Below are positions 51,496 to 61,979 of a stretch of 64,000 nucleotides of DNA, one piece after another; the first letter of the stretch is position 1; each line of letters starts with the position of its first letter. The notes beneath the pieces were generated by a model. It was given only the letters and a program-made list of their open reading frames with translations, was not told the origin of the DNA and did no database searches. A program made the translations under genes and the position numbers. Origin of the DNA: Alphaproteobacteria bacterium (lineage in GTDB: Bacteria > Pseudomonadota > Alphaproteobacteria > SP197); the NCBI GenBank assembly GCA_964291265.2, contig OZ219747.1:1344001-1408000 (forward strand). Reading direction: 5' to 3'.

Positions 51496-53241
51496 ATGTC
51501 AGGGATGCGCTGTCGGATCGGTGTCCATGGCCTGTCGTGGGCTGTGGGTACGCTGATGCTGACGACAGGCGTGCGGGCGGACATTCTCCCCGATGGCTCC
51601 GCGCCGGCCTTCTGCCAGGGCGCGCAGGCGGTGGCCGAGTATCCCGGCAACCTGCTCTCCTCCTGCCTGGACCGGCCGCTTGCTGCGGCGCAATCCGCCG
51701 ATCCCGACCAGGCGTCGTCGTCGGCAACGCCCGGGCGCTATCTGCGGCAGGACAGCGAGCGCACGAGAAACATGAGCGCGGCCGACCTCCAGCCGAGCTG
51801 GAGCGGCTTGATGGCCCTCGCCACCAGGACAGGATTCGCTCAGTTGGCGGATGATGCCGCGGCGGCGCGGAAGAACACCCTTCTCGGGTTGCGTAGCGCC
51901 CATGCCGGCACCGAAGACGCGAAGACGGCACTGCACGACATTCCCGCCTCCGCCATCGTTGTGGTGGGCGAGCGCGGCGGCATGGCCTACGGCACCTGGA
52001 AGGCCGGCCCGGCCGGGAACCTGCCCATCAGGAACTACACGGGAGCGCACGACATCGAGTCCAGATCCGACGTCTCCACGGATTTCAAGGCCGTTCTGCG
52101 CCGCTCGGCCAAGATCTGGTCGAAGCGGCTGGTTGATGATGGCCGCACATCCAGGGTCACGCTCGAGGACGGCAAGGTCGTCAGGAACGTCCACGGGATC
52201 GTCATTCAGACCCGGCTTCACAACCGCAACGGGGCAGCGAGTGCGAGAGTCCTGAAGCATGACCGCGGTGCGGACCGGAAGGGCTACAGGGTCTACAATG
52301 GCAGAATCCGCATACCGATCACCCTGCACGACAATCTCCATGACGGCATGGTCCAGACGGTCGCTCACGAGATCGGACATGTCCTCGGGATCGCAAGGAA
52401 GGGCACGGAACTCTTCAAGAAGTACTATGGCCGAAAGGCCCATGTCTGGAGAGGGCCGAATGCGATGCGCGCCAACGGCGGCAAGCCGGTCCCCATGCAA
52501 TGGGTGAGCGAGACCTCGTGGTCGACGGTCATGGAACCGCACGCCGAGGGTGCAAGACGCGACGCGGGGCATATTGGCCTCTGTTCCTCCATCATGGCCT
52601 ACTGCAACGACCGATACAGCGGCAGCGTCCCGTCGGAAATCGACTTCGCCTTCCTTGCCGACATCGGCTACACGGTGATCGACGCCAAGGCCGCCGCCGA
52701 GACCGAACGCTACGGGCATCTCTCCTGGGGCGCATGGGCGGTATGGGGCGCCAGCGTGGGCCGCGACCTGCAGGACAACTACCATGGCACGCCTCACGAT
52801 TTCGTTGAGGCCCACGCCGAGGCCTTTGGCGCCGCCCCGGCCACACTCCTCTCCGACAACGACAGGCTCACGGGCACCGTCCAGTGGAACGGGAGTCTGG
52901 TCGGCGTCGATCTGGGCAGAAACCGCCTGCCCCCGGTAGTCGGCAAGGCGCAACTGAACGTGGACCTTGCCACGCTCGCCGGCACGGCCCGCTTCAGCGG
53001 CCTCACCGTGCATGTCGACGGCAACAATGTCCTGCGCCGCGGCGGGAGCACCAAGCCCTTCCGCCAGTCCGAACTCAGCTATGCGATCGCCGTCACCGGC
53101 AACGACTTCGCCGACGCCGACAGCAGGGTGAGCGGCAGCTTCTACGGCCCGGTCCACCAGGAGATGGCAGGCGTGCTCAAGGACGACCGGGAGGAGGTCA
53201 ACCTGCTCGCCGGATTCGGCGGCGCCCGGCCGGGCGAATAG
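51496..53241 (+). CDS. Secreted zinc metallopeptidase-like protein with C-terminal TbpB-like beta-barrel
   Basis: Signal-like N-terminus, AHEIGHVLGI, a Met-turn-like SIMAY and C-terminal VSGSFYGP..QEMAGV...AGFGGAR. Confidence 0.7.
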   Translation: MSGMRCRIGVHGLSWAVGTLMLTTGVRADILPDGSAPAFCQGAQAVAEYPGNLLSSCLDRPLAAAQSADPDQASSSATPGRYLRQDSERTRNMSAADLQPSWSGLMALATRTGFAQLADDAAAARKNTLLGLRSAHAGTEDAKTALHDIPASAIVVVGERGGMAYGTWKAGPAGNLPIRNYTGAHDIESRSDVSTDFKAVLRRSAKIWSKRLVDDGRTSRVTLEDGKVVRNVHGIVIQTRLHNRNGAASARVLKHDRGADRKGYRVYNGRIRIPITLHDNLHDGMVQTVAHEIGHVLGIARKGTELFKKYYGRKAHVWRGPNAMRANGGKPVPMQWVSETSWSTVMEPHAEGARRDAGHIGLCSSIMAYCNDRYSGSVPSEIDFAFLADIGYTVIDAKAAAETERYGHLSWGAWAVWGASVGRDLQDNYHGTPHDFVEAHAEAFGAAPATLLSDNDRLTGTVQWNGSLVGVDLGRNRLPPVVGKAQLNVDLATLAGTARFSGLTVHVDGNNVLRRGGSTKPFRQSELSYAIAVTGNDFADADSRVSGSFYGPVHQEMAGVLKDDREEVNLLAGFGGARPGE

Positions 53242-53316
53242 CCCCGGTTTCGGCGCTGACCCACCCGCCATGCCGATCCGCAAGAGCACGGGAAGTTTCC
53301 ATGATGGAAGCCCGCC

Positions 53317-53470
53317 ATGGCCTTCACCATCGAAGCCGTCCCCAACCGGGCCGGCGAGCCCGCCATCCTCCTCCGCGAGGCGTGGCGGGAAGCGAGGCGG
53401 GTCCGCAAGAGGACCGTCGCCATCCTCTCGAGGGGCCCGCCCGGGATCGTCGAGGGCTTCCGGGACCGCA
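53317..53470 (+). pseudogene. IS1634-like transposase 5' fragment
   Basis: IEAVPNRAGEPAILLREAWREARRVRKRTVAILS. Confidence 0.6.
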
Positions 53471-53484
53471 GTCGCCGTCCGCGC

Positions 53485-53608
53485 ACAAGCGTTCGGTCAA
53501 GGGCTGATGATGACGAGGATGACAGTGACAACGACGCATGGCCCCGGGACTCGCCGGCATTCGCTCAGTGCTGTCACCGCCCCCATCACCGCGTGACCGA
53601 ACGCTGAC
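53485..53608. mobile_element. 124-bp MITE-like element bounded by IS66-type IRs
   Basis: ACAAGCGTTCGGTCA ... ATCACCGCGTGACCGAACGCTGAC, with no coding content. Confidence 0.65.
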
Positions 53609-53610
53609 CT

Positions 53611-54507
53611 GTGAAGCTGTTGTTCATCACCTCGACCCGATTGGGCGACGCGGTCTTGTCGACGGGGTTGCTCGATCATCTTGTGGCAGGAGAAGGGGTC
53701 GAGACGACTGTCGTCTGCGGTCCGATGGCTGCGGAACTCTTCGAGTGTCTTCCGGGACTCGAGAGGGTGATCGTTCTCAACAAGAAATCATGCAAGAGGC
53801 ACTGGTTCGGCTTGTGGCGGCAGACGGCAGGCATCTGGTGGGACCTCGTTGTCGATCTCAGGGCATCGGCGGTTCCCTTTGTTCTCATGCGCAACAGACG
53901 GCGCACCAAGTTCAGGGGCGGAGATGGTCATCGTGTAGAGAGCCTGGCACGGTGGTATGGTGTGGATCCGGTCCCATCGCCAAGGGTGTGGACCGGCATG
54001 ACACACCGTCGCCAAGCTGCTCGGCTGTTGCCCCGTGAAGGGCCCTTGCTCGGTATTGCTCCCACCGCGAGCTGGCGGGGCAAGATCTGGCCTTGGGAAA
54101 ACTATGTCGACCTGGCAACACGGTTGACCTCCCCTGGCGGGGTGCTGGCAGGCGCGCACATCATCATCATGGGGGGCCCGGGAGAACAGCGCCTCACGCA
54201 ACCCATTGTCGGCGCATTGCCGAGAAAGACGACCCTGGATCTCACCGGCAGCGAACATCTCCTGACCATCGCCGAGGTCATGACCCGGTGCAACGCGGTG
54301 GTCGCCAATGACAGCGGACTGATGCACCTCGCGGCCGCCAGCGGCGCACCCACTGTCGGGCTGTTCGGCCCGAGTCCCGTCGAGATCTATGCCCCTTGGG
54401 GCTGTCACACCACGGCCGTCACAAGCATGACCAGATGCATTGACGACATCGCAGTTGATGCCGTGGAACGCGCAGCCGGAGAACTTTGCGCGCGACAGTC
54501 AACGTGA
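53611..54507 (+). CDS. Glycosyltransferase family 9 (heptosyltransferase-like)
   Basis: ITSTRLGDAVLST, KIWP and NDSGLMHLAAASGAPTVGLFGPS. Confidence 0.9.
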   Translation: MKLLFITSTRLGDAVLSTGLLDHLVAGEGVETTVVCGPMAAELFECLPGLERVIVLNKKSCKRHWFGLWRQTAGIWWDLVVDLRASAVPFVLMRNRRRTKFRGGDGHRVESLARWYGVDPVPSPRVWTGMTHRRQAARLLPREGPLLGIAPTASWRGKIWPWENYVDLATRLTSPGGVLAGAHIIIMGGPGEQRLTQPIVGALPRKTTLDLTGSEHLLTIAEVMTRCNAVVANDSGLMHLAAASGAPTVGLFGPSPVEIYAPWGCHTTAVTSMTRCIDDIAVDAVERAAGELCARQST

Positions 54508-54658
54508 GGCGCCTGAGAGTTCAACCGGACCTGGTGCGTACCGAACTCCTCCGTCCCGGCGGGTCTCCATACCCAAGCATTCGTGTCGGAACCACGAAAG
54601 GACGAGGCCGCTGCGACAGGCACAAGAAGTTCGACAAACCAAAAAAGGACATCTGGCT

Positions 54659-57543
54659 GTAAGCGTTCGGCCGTTCGGTGATGGCTGATTTTGGTTGGTT
54701 TGGGTCTTGCTGACTATCGTCTGAGAAAGAGCTGGTAAACTCGTTTGGTCTCGATTATGGTCGAGGCCATGAAGACTTTTGCCGAGACGCGCGGAGCGAC
54801 ACAGCAGCTGACGGGAGGTGGTGACGGCCTATGTCGGGCGTCAGTGGCCTTGTCATGCGAGGCGCCTGACTGGCGTGCGCTCTATGAGGCGGAGCGGGTT
54901 CGTGCGGATGCGGCGGAAGCGCGTATGCGGTGTGCCAGGCGAACTGGCGGAAGGTAGGGGGTGAAAGTCCCCTGGAACGAAGGAGTAACCAAACCACGTT
55001 TCTCCGCGAGCCGTGCGTCGGTTCCCGCGAGGGGGCAGGCGAAGCGTCGGTAGCGGTACGGATGGGCAGGGCTAATGAGCACCGAAAAAGCTATCATCCG
55101 GGGTGCCGAGGCTTTCGCATTGGTCGAAGGCAACATCGCAGGCATCGATTTGGTGAGATGTCGGCGAGCCCCGCGGTGTCAGAGAACCCATGCACGTCCG
55201 CACGCCTTCTGTTGGGACCCTGGGAGATCTTCAAACCGTCCCGCCGGTTGTGGCGGGACCGCATGGGGAAGGAGAAAACCGAAGCCTATGATGTACGGTT
55301 TGAAGAAGTCGGATGAGGCCGTAGTACCTGTGAAGGCGGCGAACAAGGAAGCGTTAGCTTCTGCGGAGTCGCTGGAGGAAAGGGCCTCAACCAAGGGGAA
55401 TCCGGGACGCTAAAGCACGCACCGAACGCAGTGTCGGGCAAGCGTGCCACAGGCGGCGGATCGGATACGGGAAGCCGCAGGCTAGTCCAGTGGTTTGCCG
55501 TCCAGTACCCGAGGTAGGAGCCGGATGGATTAACGTCCACGTCCGGATCTGCGCGGGGGGTGCGCAGCAATGCGCATCCCTACCGCGTCTGACCTGCGCC
55601 GTGCGAAGAATTCTGCCCGTGCCCGTGCGGGCACATTCAAGTTTCATCTCGACCGCACTCGTGATCAGCTCAAGGAGGCTCGCCGGGAGGTGAAGCGTGG
55701 ACAGGCCCGAGCGGAGGCGCTGGAGCAGGAAAGGGACGCTCTGAAGCTCAAGAACGCTGAACAGGCGAGCGAGCTGAGGAATCTCCGCGGGACGCGTGCC
55801 AAGCACGCGACGGCGCGCTTCGGGTCGAAGAGCGAGAAACGGAAGAAGAAGGAAGGCACCGGGAACAAGCGGGGTCAGCAACCCGGCAAAAGAGCGGCCA
55901 CGGGCGCACTCCGCGTCCGAAGCTCAAGGAGAAGCACGAACGCCATGATCCACCGGCATCGCAGCGCACGTGCCCGTGTTGCGGCGAGCCCTATGTGGCC
56001 AACGGCAGCCACGAGACCTCGATCATGGAGGTCCATGTCAAGGCTCATATCCGGCGGATTGAACGTGGGCGTTGGCGCCGTGGTTGTCAGTGTTCGTCGG
56101 CGCCTGCGGAGATCATCGCGCCGCCACCTTTGCGCTTGCTTGCGAATACCCCCTTCGGCATCAGTGTCTGGGAATGCGTGCTCTATGAGCGCTTCGCCTG
56201 CTTGCGTCCCCTGCGCCGGGTCTCGCGATGGCTGGAAGACCAGGGACTGCCGATGGCGCCGGGAACGATCGCTGGCGGCATGAAGAAGATGACGCCGATG
56301 TTCGCGCCTCTCGCTCAGGCCATCCTCGATCATCAGAACCGGCTGACGGTGCGCCACGGCGACGAGACCAGCTGGCGCATCCAGTCCCTCAAGGCCTCGG
56401 GGCGCTCGCAGAAGGCCTGGCTGTGGACCGCGGTCAGCGCCGACTCCGTCTTCTTCCTTATCGACCCGTCACGCAGCACCCGGGTGGCCATGGTGCTGTT
56501 CGCCTCCACCGAAGGCACCGTCTTCCTTGTCTGCGATCGCTACGCGGTCTACAGGAAACTGGAGCGTGAGCTTGATGGCAAGGTGATCCTCTGCCTTTGC
56601 TGGGCGCACTCCAGGCGCGATGTGATCGAGGCTGCGGCAGGCCAAGAGGGGCTGGAAGAGTGGTGCGACAAGTGGCTCGACAGGATCGCGCTGATCTACA
56701 CACTGAATGGGCAACGGCTGAAGCACTACGATCCCGCACGCAAGCGTCAGTCAGCGAGGTTCAATGCCCTGCAGAAGGACCTTCGTGCGGCTGTCGAGGC
56801 GCTGTTCAGGCAGGCTCAGGAGGAACTCGACGCCTTGCCCGAGGGTGCACGCGAAGCGAAGCCCTTGCGTTCCCTGATCCGTCACCGCGAGGGACTGTGC
56901 GTCTTTGTCGACCATCCCCAGGTGCCCATGGACAACAACTTTGCCGAGAGAACCCTCCGGGGTGCGGTGACCGCGAGAAAGCTGAGCTTCGGCTCCGACA
57001 GCGAGGAAGGCGCCGCCTTCACCGCCATCATGTACTCGGTCATCGGCACCCTTGCCATGAACGGCATCAACGTTCGGCGCTGGCTTCATGAGTGGCTTGA
57101 TGCCTGCGCGCAGAACGGCGGCAAGCCGCCGGATGACCTCGACCCGTGGCTGCCATGGTCGATGACCCCGGAGCGTCGAAGGGACCTCATGGAACCGGGG
57201 TGATCGAGTGCCGTTACGACGGCCGTGACTTCACCGCGCACGAGATGGCGCTGTTGCGCTCCCTGATCACCCAGCACCCCACCCGTGCGGCCATCGCCCG
57301 CGCCTTCTGCCGCGAGACCGGCTGATACAAGCCCGACGGGGCCTCAAGAACATGATGGCGAATGTCGCCTTTCTGGCCATGCACCGCGACGGCCTCATCA
57401 CCCTGCCGCCACCCCAACGACGAGCAACCCGACCCGGACCCATCGTCTTCGGACCCAACAGCGAACCGCCACGTGGTGCGCCTCCCAAACGCATCCTCAA
57501 CCGGTGAATATCACCAACAATCACCGCGTGGCCGAACGCTTAC
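54659..57543 (+). mobile_element. IS66-family element copy B (both IRs intact)
   Basis: IRs GTAAGCGTTCGGCC and GGCCGAACGCTTAC; 8-bp TSD ATCTGGCT. Transposase 54757-57203 carries an intron and a frameshift near 55888; DUF4338 (57200 onward) has a stop and an internal deletion. Confidence 0.92.
54930..55589 (+). ncRNA. ORF-deleted derivative (660 nt) of the 31030-33785 group II intron, sense in the IS66 transposase
   Basis: Same 5' end and domains 5/6. The RT is reduced to its first and last codons, and the 3' end is GTC rather than GAC. Removal restores ATGCG|TGACCTG as seen in copy C at ~59516-59527. Confidence 0.9.
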
Positions 57544-58001
57544 ATCTGGCTCAAGGCTTCTGCGCAGGGACTGGAAACGCACCCGGTGAAGATCACCAGC
57601 CTTCACCGCGTGACCGAACGCTGACGCCGGAAGTCATCACGACCGCTGCTTGCTCTCCCTTGCAGTTCCACCTTCGCATGACGCTGCGGGACGGCAACGA
57701 ACCGCACGCCGAACCGGCGGCGTCCATCAACAATATCCTGATTGCGCCTGAGCGGAGCCGGATAGCCGGAATTCCGCTATCCGGTGGGTGCGCACTCGTC
57801 GTGGAGACCGTTGGCATACGGACGATTGCGCGTGCAGGCCGAGGCGGATCCGGGATGTCTGGCGGAAAATCTGCACGACTGCGTCGGCGACGCACGCCGT
57901 GCCGGGCTGGAAGCGGAATTGTCAGGAACCGGATGGGGGCCTGGAGTGAACTGCTGCGTGGGAAGGGTCCGATGCGGTGTGGAGTGTCCCGCTCTCCGCG
58001 T

Positions 58002-59066
58002 TCAGGTGAGCGGTTCGACGGGCCAGCCGTAACTTTCGGAGAACTGCCTCCCGCATGCCGCTTCCACCAGGTATTTGGCAACCCGGGGACTTGCGGTCCT
58101 GTCATGCGCGATGCGCCAGCCTCGCTCACCAAGCTGCCGGCGAGCATGGTCGTGGCGCCACAGATAGGTCATCAACTCGACCAGATGTTCACGGCTTTCA
58201 AATTCCATCGTGCCGTCGTCATAGATCCCGGCCAACCCCGCACTCGTTGCGGTCAGCACGGAGACCCCTTGGCCCAGCGACTGGGCAATCCTGTCGGAGG
58301 AATATAGGAGCGGAACAGGCTTGGTGTCGTCATGCGCGAGATTGGGCATGCACGCCGCCTGTGCCAGGGCATCAAGGAACTCGATGGAGCGAAGACGGCG
58401 CGGGTCGAGGCCATGGGCGTTTGAGCGGAATCGGTAGCTGTCAGGCAACAGGGCGAGAAGCGCCGCAATCTGGTCGCCGCGCGTCCCGTATGGGGTGCCG
58501 AGGAACTGGCCGTCATAGGGAAGCACGTCCCGGGCCTTCTCGAATACACGCGCCACCTCAATGCTGGAGTCGACAGGATTCGGGAAGAAATGAACAGGGC
58601 CGCGTCGGCGCTCGGGCAAGGAGAGGCTACCAAGACCGGCAGTCGTGATGAAGGAAATGTCGACCTCGCGCATCCGTGCGCAAAAGCGCTTCATCGAATG
58701 CGCGTTGAAGACAGGGTCCACGTTGAATTGCGCGAGCACGGCCTCGGGCGCCCCCTTGCGAATGGCGCGCATTGTCGTTGCGTCCACCTGGTCAACATGG
58801 CCGAACAGTACGAGATCAGGTCGATAATGACTGGCTGTCTGGATCAGGCGTCGGCGCATTGTCGCGATGCCGCCGAATCTGGAGCTCGGCAACAGTGGTG
58901 AGGCCTCCCGGGAGACATCGCGGTCCGAAAACGCGATGACGTGATGCCCGGCGCGCAGGAGGCCGGTGTGGAGTTTGCTGTCTACATTGTAGAACGTGGC
59001 ATGGAGTCGGCGGCGATCGAGATTGGCGACCAGGAGAATGCGCAGTGGCCTGAGGCGGGATGGCAT
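58002..59066 (-). CDS. Glycosyltransferase (GT-B, CgeB-like)
   Basis: GLLRAGHHVIAFSDRD, YRPDLVLFGH, FFPNPVD and YSSDRIAQSLGQG; start uncertain. Confidence 0.75.
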   Translation of the reverse strand: MPSRLRPLRILLVANLDRRRLHATFYNVDSKLHTGLLRAGHHVIAFSDRDVSREASPLLPSSRFGGIATMRRRLIQTASHYRPDLVLFGHVDQVDATTMRAIRKGAPEAVLAQFNVDPVFNAHSMKRFCARMREVDISFITTAGLGSLSLPERRRGPVHFFPNPVDSSIEVARVFEKARDVLPYDGQFLGTPYGTRGDQIAALLALLPDSYRFRSNAHGLDPRRLRSIEFLDALAQAACMPNLAHDDTKPVPLLYSSDRIAQSLGQGVSVLTATSAGLAGIYDDGTMEFESREHLVELMTYLWRHDHARRQLGERGWRIAHDRTASPRVAKYLVEAACGRQFSESYGWPVEPLT

Positions 59067-59334
59067 TGGTTGATGGGACCTGTTCACTGGATGTTGAGGA
59101 ATCTGGCGAGACCCTGCATCAGACAGACGAACAGTGCCGATAGCACGAGTATCCGTCTTGTCAATTCCATGCTGCGAATCCCCCACCCTGGAGTTCATTG
59201 AGACCCCGCCCAAGCTGAATCCAGGATTCTGGTATTGGCCATGGTCAGGGGTCTCGCCAAGAAGACTGTTTGTTTGATGCGGATCTGCTATCGATGATGT
59301 CATGGAAGCGACAATCGATACGCTGCGATCCAGA

Positions 59335-61974
59335 TTTGGTCTCGATTATGGTCGAGGCCATGGAGACTTTCGACGAGACGTGTGGAGCGGCACAGCAGCT
59401 GACGGGAGGTGGCGACGGCCTGTGTCGGGCGCCAGCGGCCTTGTCCTGCGAGGCGCCTGACTGGCGTGCGCTCCATGAGGCGGAGCGGGTCCGTGCGGAT
59501 GTGGCGGAAACGAGCATGCGTGACCTGCGCTGTGCGAAGAATTCTGCCCGTGCGGACGCATTGCAGTTTCAGCTTGAGGAGGCTCACTGGAAGGCGCAGC
59601 AGGGACAGGCCCTGGCGAAGGCGCTGGAGCGGGAAAGGGACGCTCTGAAGCTTGAGAACGCCGAACAGCAGAGCGAGCTGAGTGAAGCTGCGCGGGACGC
59701 GTGCCACGCCCGCGAAGGCTTGGCTTCGGGTCGAAGAGCGAGAAGCTATAAGAAGGAAGGCACCGGGAACAAGCGGGGTCAGCAACCTGGCAAGAGCGGC
59801 CACGGGCGCACCCCGCGTCCGAAGCTCGAGGAGAAGCACGAGCGCCATGATCCACCGGCATCGCAGCGCACGTGCCCGTGTTGCGGCGAGCCCTTGTGTG
59901 GCCAACGGCAGCCACGAGACCTCGATCATGGAGGTCCATGTCAAGGCTCATGTCCGGCGGATTGACCGTGGGCGTTGGCGCCGTGGTTGTCAGTGTTCGT
60001 CGGCGCCTGCTTGAGATCATCGCGCCGCCACCTTTGCGCCTGTTTGCGAATACCCCCTTTGGCAACAGTGTCTGGGCATGCGTGCTCTATGAGCGCTTCG
60101 CCTGCTTGCGTCCCCTGCGCCGGGTCTCGCGATGGCTCAAGGACCAGGGACTGCCGATGGCGCCGGGAACGATCGCTGGCGGCATGAAGAAGATGACGCC
60201 GATGTTCGCGCCTCTCGCTCAGGCCATCCTCGATCATCAGAACCGGCTGACGGTGCGCCACGGCGACGAGACCAGCTGGCGCATCCTTGTCCCTCAAGGC
60301 TGCGGGGCGCTCGCAGAAGGCCTGGCTGTGGACCGCGGTCAGCGCCGACTCCGTCTTCTTCCTCATCGATCCGTCACGCAGCGCCCGGGTGGCCATGGTG
60401 CTGTTCGCCTCCACCGAAGGCACCGTCTTCCTTGTCTGCGATCGCTACGTGGTCTACAAGAAACTTGAGTGCGAGCTCGATGGCAAGGTGATCCTCTGCT
60501 TTTGCTGAACGCACTCTAGGCGCGATGTGATCGAGGCTGCGGCAGGCCAGGAGGGGCTGGAAGAGTGGTGCGACAGGTGGCTCGACAGGATCACGCTGAT
60601 CTTCAATCTGAACGCATTGCGGCTGAAGCATCACGATCCCGCACGGGAGCGTCAGTCAGCGAGGTTCGATGCCCTGCAGAAGGACCTCCGTGTCGCTGTC
60701 GAGGCCTTGCCCGAGGGTGCACGCGAAGCGAATCCCTTGCGTTCCCTGATCCGTCACCGCGAGGGACTGTGTGTCTTCGTCGACCATCCCCAGGTGCCCA
60801 TGGACAACAGCCTGGACGAGAGGACCTTCCGGGGTGCGGTGGCCGCGAGAAAGCTGAACTTCGGCTCCGACAGCGAGGAGGGCGCCGCCTTCACCGCCAT
60901 CATGGACTCGGTCATCGGCACCCTTGCCATGAACAGCATCAATGTTCGGCGCTGGCTTCATGAGTGGCTTGATGCCTGCGCGCAGAACGGCGGCAAGCCG
61001 CCGGACGACCTCGACCCGTGGCTGCCATGGTCGATGAGCCCGGAGCGCCGACGGGACCTCACGGAACCGGGGTGATCGAGTGCCGTTACTACGGCCGTGA
61101 CTTCACCGCGCACGAGATGGCGCTGTTGCGCTCCCTGATCACCCAGCACCCCACCCGTGCGGCCATCGCCCGCGCCTTCTGCCGCGAGACCGGCTGGTAC
61201 AAGCCCGACGGCGGCCTCAAGAACATGATGGCGAGTGTCACCTTCCTGGCCATGCACCGCGACGGCCTCATCACCCTGCCGCCACCCAAACACCCGCCGG
61301 TCCGGCCCAAGCCCATCGTCTTCGGACCCGACACAGAGCCGCCACGCGGCGCGCCTCCCACAACCCTCGACGAGGTCCGCCCCCTTGCCGTCTCCATCGT
61401 CACGGGCGGCACCCGGGAAGGAAAGCTGTGGAACGAGTTCGTCGCCCGCTACCACTATCTCGGCTACACGAGACTGGTCGGAGCCCAGATGCGCTACGCC
61501 TTCCATGATCGCAACGGAGCGCCCGTCGCCATGCTCGGCTTCTCCACCGCCGCCTGGAAAATCGCCCCGCGCGACACCTTCATCGGATGGACACCCGAAC
61601 AGCGGCAGAAGAACCTGCCGCTGGTGGTCGATAATCCAAGGTTCTTGATCATGCCATGGATTTCCGTCGCCAACCTTGGGTCCCACATCCTCGCCATCAT
61701 ACGACGCCGACTGTCCGATGACTGGACCAGGCGCTACAACACCACACCGGTTCTCATCGAAACCTTCGTTCAGACACCGCGCTACACCGGAACCGTCTAC
61801 AAGGCGTCAGGATGGATCCGTGTCGGCACCACCAAGGGACGCGGACGCTACGATACGCACAGGAAACTCGACAAACCAAAAAAGGACATCTGGCTGAGGC
61901 CTCTCCGCAAGGACTGGAAACGCATCCTCACCCGGTGAATATCACCAACAATCACCGCGTGACCGAACGCTTGC
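59335..61974 (+). mobile_element. IS66-family element copy C (left end lost, transposase pseudogene)
   Basis: Homologous to copies A and B from TTTGGTCTCGATTATGG, with several frameshifts and a TGA at ~60506; right IR GTGACCGAACGCTTGC. Confidence 0.88.
61072..61938 (+). CDS. DUF4338 (DruA-like) passenger protein
   Basis: RYYGRDF, LWNEFVARYHYLGY..LVGAQMRY, RDTFIGW, NPRFLIMPW..NLGSHIL and ETFV...YKASGW; GTGA overlap with the transposase stop. Confidence 0.85.
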   Translation: MIECRYYGRDFTAHEMALLRSLITQHPTRAAIARAFCRETGWYKPDGGLKNMMASVTFLAMHRDGLITLPPPKHPPVRPKPIVFGPDTEPPRGAPPTTLDEVRPLAVSIVTGGTREGKLWNEFVARYHYLGYTRLVGAQMRYAFHDRNGAPVAMLGFSTAAWKIAPRDTFIGWTPEQRQKNLPLVVDNPRFLIMPWISVANLGSHILAIIRRRLSDDWTRRYNTTPVLIETFVQTPRYTGTVYKASGWIRVGTTKGRGRYDTHRKLDKPKKDIWLRPLRKDWKRILTR

Positions 61975-61979
61975 AGGAT

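Larger units (their letters stand above)
54520..57625 (+). mobile_element. Older IS66/DUF4338 right-end remnant that served as target for copy B
   Basis: GACAAACCAAAAAAGGACATCTGGCT precedes copy B and continues after it to GTGACCGAACGCTGAC at 57625. Confidence 0.7.

Noticed and set aside
61072-61938. Complete Druantia defence system
   Set aside because: No DruE helicase or other dru genes are present, and the gene lies inside IS66 IRs.
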